NCBI RefSeq assembly: GCF_006345805.1 | Contig: NC_043024.1 | Location: 11,036,001-11,100,000 of the forward strand | Reading direction: 5' to 3' | Length of the DNA stretch: 64,000 nt | DNA from: Octopus sinensis | Taxonomy: Eukaryota | Shown: in pieces, positions 12,310 through 24,920 of the stretch | Position numbering within the stretch: the first letter of the stretch is position 1 | How the letters are laid out: each line of letters opens with the position of its first letter | Notes under the pieces: model-generated | Database searches by the model: none | Told to the model about the DNA's origin: nothing | The model's input: only the letters and a program-made list of their open reading frames with translations | Position numbers and translations under genes: made by a program

Positions 12310-13799
12310 TCTTTTACTTGTTTCAGTCATTTGACTGCGGCCATGCTGGAGCACCGCCTTTAGTTGAGCAACTCGACCCGGGACTTATTCTTTGTAAGCC
12401 CAGTACTTATTCTATCGGTCTCTTTTGCCGAACTGCTAAGTGACGGGGACGTAAACACACCAGCATCGGTTGTCAAGCAATGCCAGGGGGACAAGCACAG
12501 ACACACACACATATATATATATACATATATACGACAGGCTTCTTTCAGTTTCCGTCTACCAAATCCACTCACAAGGCATTGGTCGCCCTGGGGCTATAGC
12601 AGAAGACACTTGCCCAAGGTGCCACGCAGTGGGACTGAACCCAAAACCATGTGGTTGGTTAGCAAGCTACTTACCACACAGCCACTCCTGCGCCTATATA
12701 TATATTATTTATTTATTGCCAACAATAACTATATATACACACACACATACATACACATATACAAACACGTGTGTGTGACCACCACTTGACAAAGAATGTG
12801 TTTTTATGTCCCCATAACCTAGCAGTTGAGCAAAGACTGACAGAATAAGTACCTGAAAAAAAAGGGCTGGGGTCAATTCATTTAACTAAAGACTCTTCAC
12901 GGCAGTGCCCCAGCATGGCCACAGTCTATTGACTGAAACAGATGAAGATGAGGGTATACTGTAACAGCTTTTCTATAAACAATGCTTGAAAAATGCCACT
13001 GGACTAACATATAATAATACACTGTAAGGACTGAATTCTAAGTGGAGCTGCACTTGCTTGAAATAGCAGCTAAATGTCCCCCCCAATCACACTATCATCT
13101 AACAAAAGAAGGCTATACTGGTTAATATGGTTTTGTGTTAAAAGGCAGAAAGAAGAACAAACGTGGTTGGTTTGAATAATTGAGGTCGTTTTTCTGGCAT
13201 TCTGACAGCTGGACTTCTTTCATTCCACGGCTAACGAGATAAGAACATGTTGAGTTGAAGTTAACGGGAACACAGGCTAATTAACTTGTAGATATTGTTA
13301 TCAGTTAAAAGCTAATTACTAAACTGTAACTGGCATGGATGTGTGGTTGAAAAGCCTCCTTGCCAATCACGTTGTCTCAGGTTCAGTCCTACTGTGTGGT
13401 ACCTTGGACAAGAGACTACAAGTTGGCCCTGGGGCCAACCAAAGCCCTGTGAATAGATTTTGGTAGGTGGAAACTGAAAGAAGCCAGTCGTATGTGTATT
13501 TTGTTAAAGTATGTCTCTAGGAGGTCACTGATATAAAAGTGGATATGTAGGGAACGGCAATTGACATTTTGGGTATCTTTTCCATTGGTGCCCAAGATCC
13601 CGGTGCACCCACATTCCTGGCACCGGATATCATGCTTCAGTTTATTTCTGGATCGTCTCTTTAAAGTGGAGAGGATCTATGAGGTATTCTGAAAGCCTTA
13701 TTGGACCTAAAATTTTGCACAGGCATTGCTGCGTAGTTTTATGATTTTGACTGCAAAGACCTGACAAATAATGTGAGTTCATGGCTGTTTCCTGCACCA

Positions 13800-14250
13800 G
13801 TTTCACATAGCCCCAGCCCATCCAAAGTACCCTGGATCACAGAACGGCCTGCTGTGCTTACTTTGAATCGTAGGGTGACCTGCTGTGCTTGAGGAGACCT
13901 ATTGAGTCAAGTACATCAACATCAAAATAAATATCACATGGAAATTGTAGTTGTGATACCTGTGCCAGTGGCATGTAAAAAGCACCATCCACGTGGCCGA
14001 TGCCAGCGCCGCCTTGACTGGCTTCTGTGCCGGTGGCATGTAAAAAGCACCAACCTATCGTGGCCGCTGCCAGCCTCGCCTGGCTTCTGTGCTGGTGACA
14101 TGTAAAAAGCACCCACTACACACACGGAGTGGTTGGCATTAGGAAGGGCATCCAGCTGTAGAAACACCGCCAGATCAGACTGGAGCCTGGTGCAGCCTCC
14201 TGGCTTCCCAGACCCTGGTTGAACTGTCCAACCCATGCTAGCATGGAAAA
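13800..14250 (+). mobile_element. RTE LINE 3' UTR copy
   Basis: Same subrepeats and GGAAGGGCATCCAGCTGTAGAAA terminus. Confidence 0.75.
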
Positions 14251-15334
14251 CGGATGTTCACACACACACACACACACACACACACAGATATGGATGGATG
14301 GATGTGCATGTGTGTACACACGTTTGTGCATTCTTCTCATGACATTGCATGGTTGTTGTAAACGAATGTCATTCCCTTACAAATGAAAAACATGTCTGAC
14401 CATGGGGAAAGGTTACCGATTACCTTGTTTGGCAACAGGAAGGGCAACGTGCTGTAGAAAATCTGTTGCAAAACTGACCCATGCAAACTTGGAAAAGCGA
14501 ACATGAAAACAAGGATGAGGATGAGGATGATGAGGATGAGGATGAGGATGATGAGGATGAGGTAACAACATCAGTGGTAATGGTTGCAGTGACAGCAGCA
14601 GCAGCCATCCAAGAATTTGGACCTGGAGATCTCCATTTCCAGCGATTTCGAGGGCCACCTCCCAGTGGTGTCAGGCATCAACGAAGAGCCCTCAACTATA
14701 ACAAGACGACCAGAGTTTTTTTTTTTTTCCAAGGTCTTGGTTCTCCCACCCCTAAGCCCTAGACCATCACCTAATCACCCTTAACAACAACAGCAGCAAC
14801 AGTAGTGGTGGTGGTGATGGTGGTGTGACGTCAGAGATTCCACACCTGAAAAAATTATCGCAGTGCTACCCTTCCCTGCCTGTGACCAGAGGTCAGCTGG
14901 ATCAAGGCCAACTTGCAAGCGTGTTTAGCTTCAAAATAGGACAGACGGGATATCAGCTTTGCTTTGTTTTGCAAATCAAATTATTGAAAAGAATGCTTTA
15001 AAAGAAAGAAAGAAAAAAAAAAGAGTATGTATACAAAGTGATACAAAAATGCATGCCCCCACACCTGACCCAATCTTTGTAGGGGTTCCCTAAGACAATG
15101 TATTTTAAGGGTTTCTCAAGGATAGCCACACACTTAGTGCTGCGCATACGTACATACATTTTTTGTAGGCGCGGGCATGGCTGTGTGGTTAGGGAGCTTG
15201 CTTCCTAGCTACATGGTTTCGGGTTCAGTCCCACCGCGTGGCACTTTGGGCGAGTGTCTTCTGCTATAGCCCCGGGCCGACCGAAGCTTTGTGATTGAAT
15301 TTGGTAGGCGGAAGTTACTGCCGTGTGTGTAGGT

Positions 15335-15534
15335 CAGTGGTTTTCAACCAGGGTCCGCCAGTACAGTCCAGGGGTTCCGCAAGAAGTTACAAAACTGCTA
15401 AAATCGGCTGTAATTTTTAATTCTCCTGTGCAGATATGTGTGCATAAGACTATTAAATTATTGCACAGTGGTTTCTCGAGCCAGTGGAATGTTTCCTTGG
15501 GGTTCTGCTCCAGCAAAAAGTTTGAAAAGCACTG
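15335..15534 (+). mobile_element. hAT-type MITE (same family as 28044-28262)
   Basis: Same TIRs; perfect 8-bp TSD GTGTAGGT at 15327-15334 and 15535-15542. Confidence 0.9.
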
Positions 15535-16597
15535 GTGTAGGTGCTTGTGCCTCTCCGAGAGAGAGAGAGAGAGAGGGAGATAGGATGAGAAAAGCTGTAC
15601 CACACCCTACAACAAGACCCTGCTCACCCATCCCTTCTTTCATATCTAAATACTTCATGTTCTCATATGAAGCTCCACCTCCATCCCAGGTTTTGTAGTC
15701 TTGTGAGCAGCATGGCAAACCCACTTAGTTGATGATAGAAACAATCTCCAACCATCTCTAAGGTGGCAAGCTGGCAGAAATGTTAGCACACTGGGCGAAA
15801 TGCTTAGTGGTATTTCGTCTGCTGTTACGTTCTGAGTCAAATTCTGCCGAGGTCGACTTTGCCTTTCAGGGTCGATAAATTAAGTATATCACAATATCAC
15901 ATCTAAAATGAAAGTATTTAAAAAAATAACAAAATGTGGTTCTGTTGCAGGTTCCATGGTTCAAGATTCAGTCCTACCACAAGACGCTTTGGGCAAGTGT
16001 CTTCCACTATAGCCTCAGGCTGACCAATGCCTTGTGAGTGGATTTGGTAGACTGAAACTGAAAGGCGGCGAGCTGGTAGAAACGTTAGCATGCCAGGTGA
16101 AATGCTTAGTGGTATTTCGTCTGCCACTACATTCTGAGTTCAAATTCCGTCGAGGTCGACTTTGCCTTTCATCCTTTCGGGGTCGATAAATTAAGTACCA
16201 ATTACGCACTGGAGTCAATGTAATCAACTTAACCCCCATTGTCTGCCCTTGTTTGTCCCCTCTATGCTTAGCCCCTTGTGGGCAATAAAAAAATAAGAAA
16301 CAATCTCCAGCCATAGAAATCATGCCAAAAATTGGAATGTACAAATAAGGTATATTCTCTACCAGACACATTGCAGACTACTCATCAAAAAAGACAGTAA
16401 CATGGAGTAAGGACTGAGGCACATTGTAAGACCATGTTCATTCTGAAGTCCCTTTGACGTTTAAATTCTGTTTGTAAAGTGGTTGACATTAGGAAGGGTA
16501 TCCAGCCATAGAAACCATACTGATGCATATACTGGAACACAAAGCAGTCCTTGGATCCAGTGGATCTTGTCAGGCTGTTCAGCCAATGCTAGTATGG

Positions 16598-17051
16598 AAC
16601 CTGGGCATGGACACATTGAAACTCCGACGTCTGGCAGCTGACTTGGCAGACACCCATAAAATTATCAACCATCGTACAAACAATAACTCTGAGCACCTTT
16701 TCAAACTCCACCTGTCTAACACCCGTGGACATGTTTACAAAGTCAGAAAACAGCACAGCTCCTTCCATGACTTTCGGAAACATTTTTTCATGCTAAGAGT
16801 TGCTGAAGCATGGAACAAACTGCCGGCATCAGTTGTTAGTTGTTGGAGCACTGCATCCTTCAAAACTTCCATGCTTCCTGAGATTCACCAACACTACACC
16901 TGATTTTCTCCCCTCCATACACACGCAAGCATGTATCTGACTCATACACTGCTCACTTCCCAGGCATTTGTACATTACTGCATATGCTTTATACGCATTT
17001 GACAAGTCGTGGTGCACCTGAGCACTGTATACAATAATTTCATTATTATTA
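16598..17051 (+). mobile_element. CR1-clade LINE 3' end
   Basis: LKLRRLAADL...HKII...LFKL...TRGH.YKV.K.H...FRKHFF.LRVAEAWNKLP...FK is the typical CR1 ORF2 C-terminus; tail CATTATTATTAT. Confidence 0.85.
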
Positions 17052-17204
17052 TGAATGTTAAATGGTCAGCCAAGAAACCCTAGGGTTCTGGAAATCCACT
17101 TTGAAACTGTTGATTTCAATTCTATAACTGTAGGTTTATAAGGCTGTAGTGTTTTGTGGACTTCAAAGAAGAAAAAAAATTGGGTAGAAAATTTGTTTAA
17201 TTAC

Positions 17205-17291
17205 CTCTCCTTCAGAAATAGTTTTGGTGAACTTGTAAAGCCCATCTTTTCGTGTAATTAGGGTTTTCCGGTCAAGGGGACACTTGTTCAA
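17205..17291 (-). CDS. CATIP: CATIP coding exon 3
   Basis: Acceptor TTGTTTTATAG, donor GTAATT; 87 nt, phase 0 to 0. LNKCPLDRKTLITRKDGLYKFTKTISEGE vs human [29 protein letters not shown]. Not in the ORF track. Confidence 0.9.
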
Positions 17292-17848
17292 CTATAAAAC
17301 AAATATAACAACAATAAGTTATAATAAAAATACAGTTTTATTGAATTATGTCAAAAATGGATTTCACAAAGAAATCTACGGAATGTGAGGAGCCAAACAG
17401 GTTTTCAACTTGCTAGAAATAACAGCCAAACACTAGGTTTTCATCTGGTCGCACCCTACAGTCGAATGAAACATACATTAATGTACTCTTTGATATACTA
17501 TGCCACTATGAAAAATCTCTAAAATATCCTCCTCACCCTAATTACTCAGTTCAATCACCCATAGCAACATGATCTTAGGGGTGAAATTGTAGAGAAAGGA
17601 CAGATGAAAAATTCAAAATGTGGGGTCCGATGAGGGGGCAAGGGTTGTGGCTGGGTGGGTAAGAAATTTGCTCCCCGACCACAGGGTTTTGGTTCAATCC
17701 CACCGTGTGCATGGTACCTTGGGCAAGTTTATCTACTATGGCTCTCAAGCTAATCAAAGCCTTGTGAGTGGACTTGCTAGACAGAAACTGAAAGAAGTGT
17801 GCATGTGGTATGTGGTGCATACATGTATAGAAAACCATGCACGGACAC

Positions 17849-18262
17849 GGATCTTTTCCGTTTGAACGGCAGTTTTTTAAAATAATTTCCACGTAAATAA
17901 ACACTCTTAAACTTCGTATACTGGTAGAATGTGTTTATAAAACATCTTTTTCTCCTGGCTTTATTGAGAACATTCTATGGTTTGTAAGATATTTGTTTGT
18001 TTTTTTTTCTTCAATTTCTGCAATTTCAACCAATCAATGACGTCTATTGAGTTAAAAAGCATTCTGTGCCGTATGAATATGTTCCTCGTTTAAGAAACAG
18101 ATTGGGTTTATTTACATTTGTGAAGAAAAAAAGATACCCTCCCCCCAAACCCTAACCTTAAAACAGATTGAAATGCAATAGATTGATACTAGGGTCATAA
18201 TTATGGGTGACAATTTCATATGACACCGTGAGAAAAAACTGCCGTTCAAACGGAAAAGATCC
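17849..18262. mobile_element. TIR MITE with 8-9 bp TSD (Merlin- or Mutator-like)
   Basis: TIRs GGATCTTTTCCGTTTGAACGGCAGTTTTTT / AAAAAACTGCCGTTCAAACGGAAAAGATCC; flanks CACGGACAC / CACAGACAC. Confidence 0.8.
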
Positions 18263-18623
18263 CACAGACACTTCATATTCAAGGCTCTGATGAAGCTATA
18301 CTCAGACATTCAGTTACAAGTCCACCACATCTTACAGCAGAAACAACTGTAAGCTAATGAAGTGCATAAGATAATCATTTATTCTTTTGTGTGTTTCCTT
18401 GTCTGACATCACATGATTGGAGAAGAACATTTGCTTAGGACAATGTTTGGCAAAAACCTGCCTGACCATGGGGAAATATATACTTTGATTGGAAACAGGT
18501 AAAGGTTGACAACAAGAAGGGCATCAGGCTGTGGAAAATTTGCATCAGTAAACCCCCACCCAAGCATGGAAAAATGGGCATTATGATGATGATAATCTTT
18601 GTAGGAGTTTAACATTTAACAGG

Positions 18624-19121
18624 TTCTGTTGTGTCTGGGGAGAGTCATTTTCTTTTTGTGCCTTATTATTTAACACACTCACCAGTAAAATTTCCACTTA
18701 TTTCTTATTTTTATTGTCCTAAAATTTCGTTGCGTCTTGCAACCTTTTCAATAGTCTTGACTCTCAAAACTATTGAAAAGGTTGCAAGACGCAATGAAAA
18801 CTATTGACTCTCTGACTCTCAAAACTATCGAAAAGGTTGCAAGAGGCAACGAAAACTATTGACTCTCTGACTCTCAAAACTATCAAAAAGGTTGCAAGAC
18901 GCAACAAAAACTATTGACTCTCTGACTCTCAAAACTATTGAAAAGGTTGCAAGACGTAACGAAAACTATTGACTCTCTGACTCTTAAGACTATTGAAAAG
19001 GTTGCAAGATGCAACGAAAATTTTAGGACAATAAAAATAAGAAAAAAGTGGAAATTTTACCGGTGAGTGTGTTAAATAATAAGGCACAAAAAGAAAATGA
19101 CTCTCCCCAGACACAACAGAA
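18624..19121. mobile_element. Fold-back element: arms of about 132 bp around a 55-bp tandem array
   Basis: 18624-18755 is the reverse complement of 18989-19121; 55-bp units start at 18758, 18813, 18868, 18923, 18978. Confidence 0.85.
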
Positions 19122-19236
19122 TATGCTTCAACACACAAACTCATATAAAGAATCTTGCAAACCAAATCCCAAAACGTAATTTAACAGGTTATAATAAAAG
19201 TGTTTTACTTCAAAAACCAAACAAGAGGAATCTTAC

Positions 19237-19475
19237 CTCAACATACTCATGGTGCCTTTGTTCTATGGTCTGTAGGTTCCTGTCGACATAGGCTATGAGG
19301 GACGTACCACAGAGAATCCCTTCAATGGTGCCAACACTCTTTGCTGAGATGCAAAAACAGTCTTCTTCCTGGAAAGTGCATTTTTCTATTGATATCAGAA
19401 ACTCGCCCAAGTCCCCCTCGTCAGATGTGGTAATGAGGCTGTCTTTAAACATCACCCTTTCTAAATCTTCCTCAG
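19237..19475 (-). CDS. CATIP: CATIP coding exon 2
   Basis: Acceptor TTAATTTCAG, donor GTAAGA; 239 nt, phase 1 to 0. (T)EEDLERVMFKDSLITTSDEGDLGEF...GILCGTSLIAYVDRNLQTIEQRHHEYVE matches human EELQMLFFSETL...GEL...[27 protein letters not shown]. Confidence 0.93.
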
Positions 19476-19611
19476 CTGAAATTAACCAGAAATTTTGTAA
19501 TTGTTTTTTTAATTCTATTTTCATTTCTTTTTCTTTATTCAAGAAAAACAATAAAATTTTTTCTATTCTCACATCTTGCTTCCGCAATATGTTACCTTGG
19601 GCAAGTGTCTT

Positions 19612-20210
19612 CTTTATTTCTTTACTACTCACAAGGGGCTAAACACAGGGGGGACAAACAAGGACAGACAAAAGGATTAAGTCGATTATATCGACTCTAG
19701 TGCGTAACTGGTACTTAATTTAATCGACCCTGAAAGGATGAAAGGCGAAGTCGACCTCGGTGGAATTTGAACTCAGAACGTAGCAGCAGACGAAATACCT
19801 ATTTCTTTACTACCCACAAGGGGCTAAACATAGAGGGGACAAACAAGGACAAAAGGATTAAGTCGATTACATCGACCCCAGTGCGTAACTGGTACTTAAT
19901 TTATCGACCCCGAAAGGATGAAAGGCAAAGTCGACCTCGGCGGAATTTGAACTCAGAACGTAGCGGCAGACAAAATACCTATTTCTTTACTACCCACAAG
20001 GGGCTAAACATAGAGGGGACAAACAAGGACAGACAAACGGATTAAGTCGATTATATCGACCCCAGTGCATAACTGGTACTTAATTTATCGACCCTGAAAG
20101 GATGAAAGGCAAAGTCGACCTCGGCAGAATTTGAACCCAGGACGTAACAGCAGACGAAATACGCCTACGCATTTCGCCCGGCGTGCTAACGATTCTGCCA
20201 GCTCACCACC
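19612..20210 (-). mobile_element. SINE B trimer
   Basis: Units near 19614, 19799, 19979 plus head. Confidence 0.85.
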
Positions 20211-21499
20211 TTGCTCATATGTGTTTATATAAAAAAAAGGGCCACAGTGAAACGAAGATGCTAATCCTTGTATGTAGTTCTAGATACCTCTGAAATTATT
20301 CTAACCACAATCATTCTCACAGGATGGTCATGGACAGAATGCCATTGATGACAAGCCTAATCAATAAATGCTGATCTAGCACTAAGTAACAACAACCACG
20401 TAAAAGCACCCATTACACTCTCAGGGTGGTTGGCATTAGGAATGGCATCCAGCCATAGAAACCATGGAAATCAGACAACTGGAGTCTGGTGCAGTCCCCC
20501 ATCTTACCAGCCTTGGCCAAAACCTTGTCCAACCCATGCCAGCATGGACAACAGATGTTAAATGATGACGATGATGATGAACCACGTTAACCCTTTTGTT
20601 TCAATCAATTTGGAAAAATAATGAAGAATTAATTAAATTACTTCTGTCCTAATTAAGCTGGTGTTTGGAATATAAATTACCAAGAAATTTTGATGGAAGA
20701 TTTTAATTTAGACTTCTTTAAAACTGATAATTTATACCACATAAGCAGAGGTGGTCACAGGTAGATTGGTATTGTCGGATTTTCCTTGGACATGGTATGA
20801 AAAGTCACCAATGTCTCAAAGGAGTGAGTGTCGTGGAGTTTAGTTACATCCACAAACACTGAAGTTTTTCCAAAAATCCAGGGTTTTTATAATTGCTCAA
20901 CTTGACTTTAAAGAATCGAAATCCCACACTCTCTTTACTCTTTTACTTGTTTCAGTCATTTGACTGCGGCCATGCTGGAGCACCGCCTTTAGTCGAGTAA
21001 ATCGACCCCCAGGACTTATTCTATCGGTCTATTTTGCCGAACCACTAAGTTACGGGGACGTAAACACACCAGCATCAGTTGTCAAGCGATGTTGTGAGGA
21101 CAAACACAGACACACACATATATATATATATATACATATATATAACAGGCTTCTTTCAGTTTCCATCTACCAAATCCACTCACAAGGCTTTGGTCGGCCC
21201 GAGGCTATAGTAGAAGACACTTGCCCAAGGTGCCACGCAGTGGGACTGAACCCGGAACCATGTGGTTGGTAAGCAAGCTACTTACCACACAGCCACTCCT
21301 GCAAATATTCTTTAAGTAACTTTTAGAATCTTTATATGAGCAGTTATATTAACCAAAGGAAAAACAAAAATAATATTTCTTCGGCAATACGACATTGTCA
21401 TATTGCCAGCTACCACCAATTGGCGCCTGATTTCAAAATGGCTAAAATGGCTACTTGCAACAGTATCAAAAGGGTTAACCAATACAAACATATACTCAC

Positions 21500-22040
21500 T
21501 TATTGAACAGAAGAATTTCATAGCTTCAGAACTTGCTTTTGGAAGATCTTCAACTTCTGGTGACACCGCTTCTGAGTTCATGAGTAATTCCCGCGGAAAT
21601 AACCCGCTGCTTCTTTTGTCAGTCTTTTGCGCAACCTCCTCAATAGATTCCACTGCAAAAACCTCGGGTTTGCCGACGCTGTCTTCTTCCTTGGTCTCCT
21701 CTGTGACTTTTACACTGTCCACAGACTTGCGTTTGGTGGCTCCATCTGTAGTCGGGTCTGTCATTTCTTCCGCGTGTTCCTCCGTAGTAGCATCATCAGA
21801 AGATTTCTTCACAACAACTTCATCTTTTTCAACTGCCTCCTCTTCAGCGACCACCCCATTTTCTTTTTCCTCAGTTTCACCCTCTTCAATTTCTGGCGGG
21901 GAGCCATCTACTTTTTCTTCTTCTTCCTCTTCTTCTCCTTCTTTTTCTCCTTCTTTTTCTCCTTCTTTTTCTGATTCTTCCTCACCGTGATCTGATAGCA
22001 ACTCTTCATTTCCTTCCTCCTCTTGACTTGATGCTGACAT
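21500..22040 (-). CDS. CATIP: CATIP coding exon 1 (acidic N-terminal extension plus start of conserved domain)
   Basis: ATG at 22040, 16 nt into an exon with acceptor TTTGTCTTTCAG (exon starts 22056); donor GTGAGT at 21499. 541 coding nt (phase 1) ending LPKASSEAMKFFCSI, which resembles human CATIP LPEANAEAIDFLSSL (recalled, not searched). Confidence 0.88.
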
Positions 22041-22153
22041 GATTCAAAACAGATACCTGAAAGACAAACAAACTTATGTGATTGATGGATCGGCGGATGA
22101 AAAGAAAGGTCTGCACTTAAATTAAATTAAATAAAAAACAATTTTAAAAGTAT

Positions 22154-23084
22154 AGGCACGGGAGTGGCTGTGTGGTAAGTAGCTTGCTTACCAACCACAT
22201 GGTTCCGGGTTTAGTCCCACTGCGTGACACGTTGGGCAAGTCTCTTCTACTATAGCCTTGGGCCGACCAAAGCCTTGTGAGTGGATTTGGTAGACGGAAA
22301 CTGAAAGAAGCCTGTCGTATATATGTATATGCAAATATGTGTGTGTGTGTGTTTGTTCCCCCAACATCACTTGACAACCGATGCTGGTGTGTTTACGTCC
22401 TCGTAGCACCTTGGGCAAGTGTCTTCTACTATAGCCTCGGGTCAACCAAAGCCTTGTGAGTGGATTTGGTAGACGGAAACTGAAAGAAACCTGTCGTATA
22501 TATGTATATGCAAATATGTGTGTGTGTGTGTTTGTTCCCCCAACATCACTTGACAACCGATGCTGGTGTGTTAACGTCCTCGTGGCACCTTGGGCAAGTG
22601 TCTTCTACTATAGCCTCGGGTCGACCAAAGCCTTGTGAGTGGATTTGGTAGACGGAAACTGAAAGAAGCCTGTCGTATATATGTATATGCAAATATGTGT
22701 GTGTGTGTGTTTGTTCCCCCAACATCACTTGACAACCGATGCTGGTGTGTTAACGTCCTCGTGGCACCTTGGGCAAGTGTCTTCTACTATAGCCTCGGGT
22801 CGACCAAAGCCTTGTGAGTGGATTTGGTAGACAGAAACTGAAAGAAGCCCGTTGTATATATGCATATATATATATACGTGTGCGTGTATGTTTGTGTTTG
22901 TCCCCCTAGCATTGCTTGACAACCGATGCTGGTGTGTTTACGTCCACGTCACTTAGCGGTTCGGCAAAAGAGACTGATAGAATAAGTACTGGGCTTACAA
23001 AGAATAAGTCCTGGGGTCGATTTGCTCAACTAAAGGCAGTGCTCCAGCATGGCCACAGTCAAATGACTGAAACAAATAAAAGAG
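22154..23084 (+). mobile_element. tRNA-headed SINE family A (CORE-like) with a 179-bp internal segment repeated 4 times
   Basis: Head GAGTGGCTGTGTGGTAAG...GGTTCCGGGTT(C)AGTCCCAC, then CCTTGGGCAAGT; ORF-track hits at 22277, 22456 and 22635 are spaced exactly 179 bp apart. Confidence 0.85.
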
Positions 23085-23367
23085 TATATTTCAGACGTGG
23101 ACTTGCAGGTAAGACCAGAGACAGAGCGTTGAAGCGAAGACATTTGCAACATAGAAGAGACACATAAGCCATTGATAAACAAAAACTGTCAGCTTCACGT
23201 AAACATTTATTTCTTGGTGTCGAAATTTTTGCCATTCATTTTTGCAACCTGGCCACCGACAGGAATTCACAACTGTATATTTTCTGGTTTTATAAAGTTA
23301 GGGTCCAGTTTGAAACTCTACTAAACTTCGGTTGTTAACCAGAATTGTTTTCAATTAAGGACACAAA

Positions 23368-23832
23368 ACTTTACTTGTGAAGACCTGTTGAGGCAAGTGA
23401 AAATCAAAATCATAATCGATCAACATCAATGGAATTTTTAGCGTTGATACCAGTGCCGGTGGCACGTAAGAGAACCATCCGAACTTGGCCGTAGCCAGCG
23501 CTGCCTTGACTGGCCTCCGTGCCGGTGGCACGTAAAAAGCACCATCCAATTGTGGCCGTTGCCAGCTTCATCTGGTCTCCATGCCGGTGGCACGTAAAAA
23601 GCATCATCTGATCGTGGCCGTTTGCCAGCCTCATCTGGCACTGTGCCAGTGACACGTAAAAAGCACCCACAACACTCACGGAGTGGTTGGCGTTACGAAG
23701 GGCATCCAGGTGTAGAAACACTGCCAGATCAGACTGGAGTCTGGTGCAGCCTTCTGGCTTCCCAGACCCTGGTCGAACCATCCAACCCATGCTAGCATGG
23801 AAAGCGGACGTTAAATGATGATGATGATGATG
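23368..23832 (+). mobile_element. RTE LINE 3' UTR with internal tandem subrepeats and (GAT)n tail
   Basis: Shares GAAGACCTGTTGAGG-AAGTGAAA with 596-625, has about 4 GTGCCGGTGGCAC subrepeats, then GGAAGGGCATCCAG...CATGGAAAGCGGACGTTAAA(TGA)n. Related copies at about 2275-2640(-), 2675-3020(-), 6830-7072(+), 11095-11240(-), 11500-11650(+), 20400-20580(+), 30175-30325(-), 33130-33410(+), 59820-60005(+). Confidence 0.8.
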
Positions 23833-24445
23833 TTTTCAATTAAATACGGATGATTTGCGTTCAAATATGTCACATTATCACGATCAACAATCCCTGAATC
23901 TAGGTGATATAGTCGTGGTTGCCACTTGTAATTCTAAAGCTCAATTCTGGTTACACACCCGTGTACCAGTTTTTTTTTACTGTATCAAATATTACACTAT
24001 CTATCTAATATTTCCATTCTTTTTGACAGAAAACATTTGAGGGAGACTGTTCTGATATTTCTTGCACGTTGAACAACCACGCAAAAGTAGAGACAGAAGT
24101 AAACATTGGTGTGAGGCCTCTTTCTATTAAGGCAAAACTGAAGTTGTTATATATTATATTATACAACAATAATCTCTCTATATATAAAGCTGAAGTTGTC
24201 TGTGTGTGGCAGGTTTGGTAGCCTTCAACTAACACTATCTCCTCCGAGACCTTGCGGTGCAAGTTGACCAAAATTGAGAGTATGATAGAAGAAGGCTTGC
24301 TCTTCCTTCCGTAGAAGATAAAATTCAAATCGGACCATGTTAACACCAAAAATTATTTACATCAAAAAGGTGCTTTTTTTTCTATGAAAATCCTAATTTT
24401 TTACGATTTTTTCACAGCTGTGTCGCCAGAAAAATGTTCACTTAA

Positions 24446-24920
24446 CCCTTTTGTTACCAACCTGGCTGAAACCGCCTCTGGCTCTGTAGTACAAATGTCT
24501 TGTTTTCATAAGTTGGAATTAAAATCTTCCACCAAACCTTAGTCACAATTTATGTTCCTAACACTAGCTGAATGATAACCAAGTTATTTTACTAAATTCT
24601 TTGTTATATTTAAAATTAATTGAAAGAAACACAGAGCACCTCAACAGAAATATGGTAACAAAAGGGTTAAAATATATAATAGAGAAACAATTCTTAACCC
24701 TTTTGATACCAACCCGGCTGAAACCACTTCCTGGCTCTGTAGTACAAATGTCTTGTTTCCATAAGTTTGGAATTAAAATCTTCCACCAAACCTTAGTCAC
24801 AATTTATGTTCCTAACACTAGCTGAATGATAACGATGTTATTTCACTAAATTCTTTGTTATATTTAAAATTAATTGAAAGAAACACAGAGCATCTCAACA
24901 GAAATAGGGGAACAAAAGGG
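24446..24920 (-). mobile_element. piggyBac-type MITE dimer, inverted relative to 7077-7549
   Basis: Units at 24446-24666 and 24698-24920, each TTAA-flanked; spacer is the exact reverse complement of 7301-7323. Confidence 0.85.

Noticed and set aside
14481-14762. Acidic 93-aa ORF nested in a CATIP intron
   Set aside because: Starts in an RTE-like 3' remnant and a (GATGAG)n microsatellite; no recognisable domain.
21312-21499. C-terminal 62 aa of the 242-aa ORF
   Set aside because: Read-through past the GTGAGT donor at 21499; homology continues in the exon at 19475 instead.
21403-21990. 195-aa Ser-rich plus-strand ORF (and 19295-19642)
   Set aside because: Antisense shadows of CATIP exons 1 and 2.
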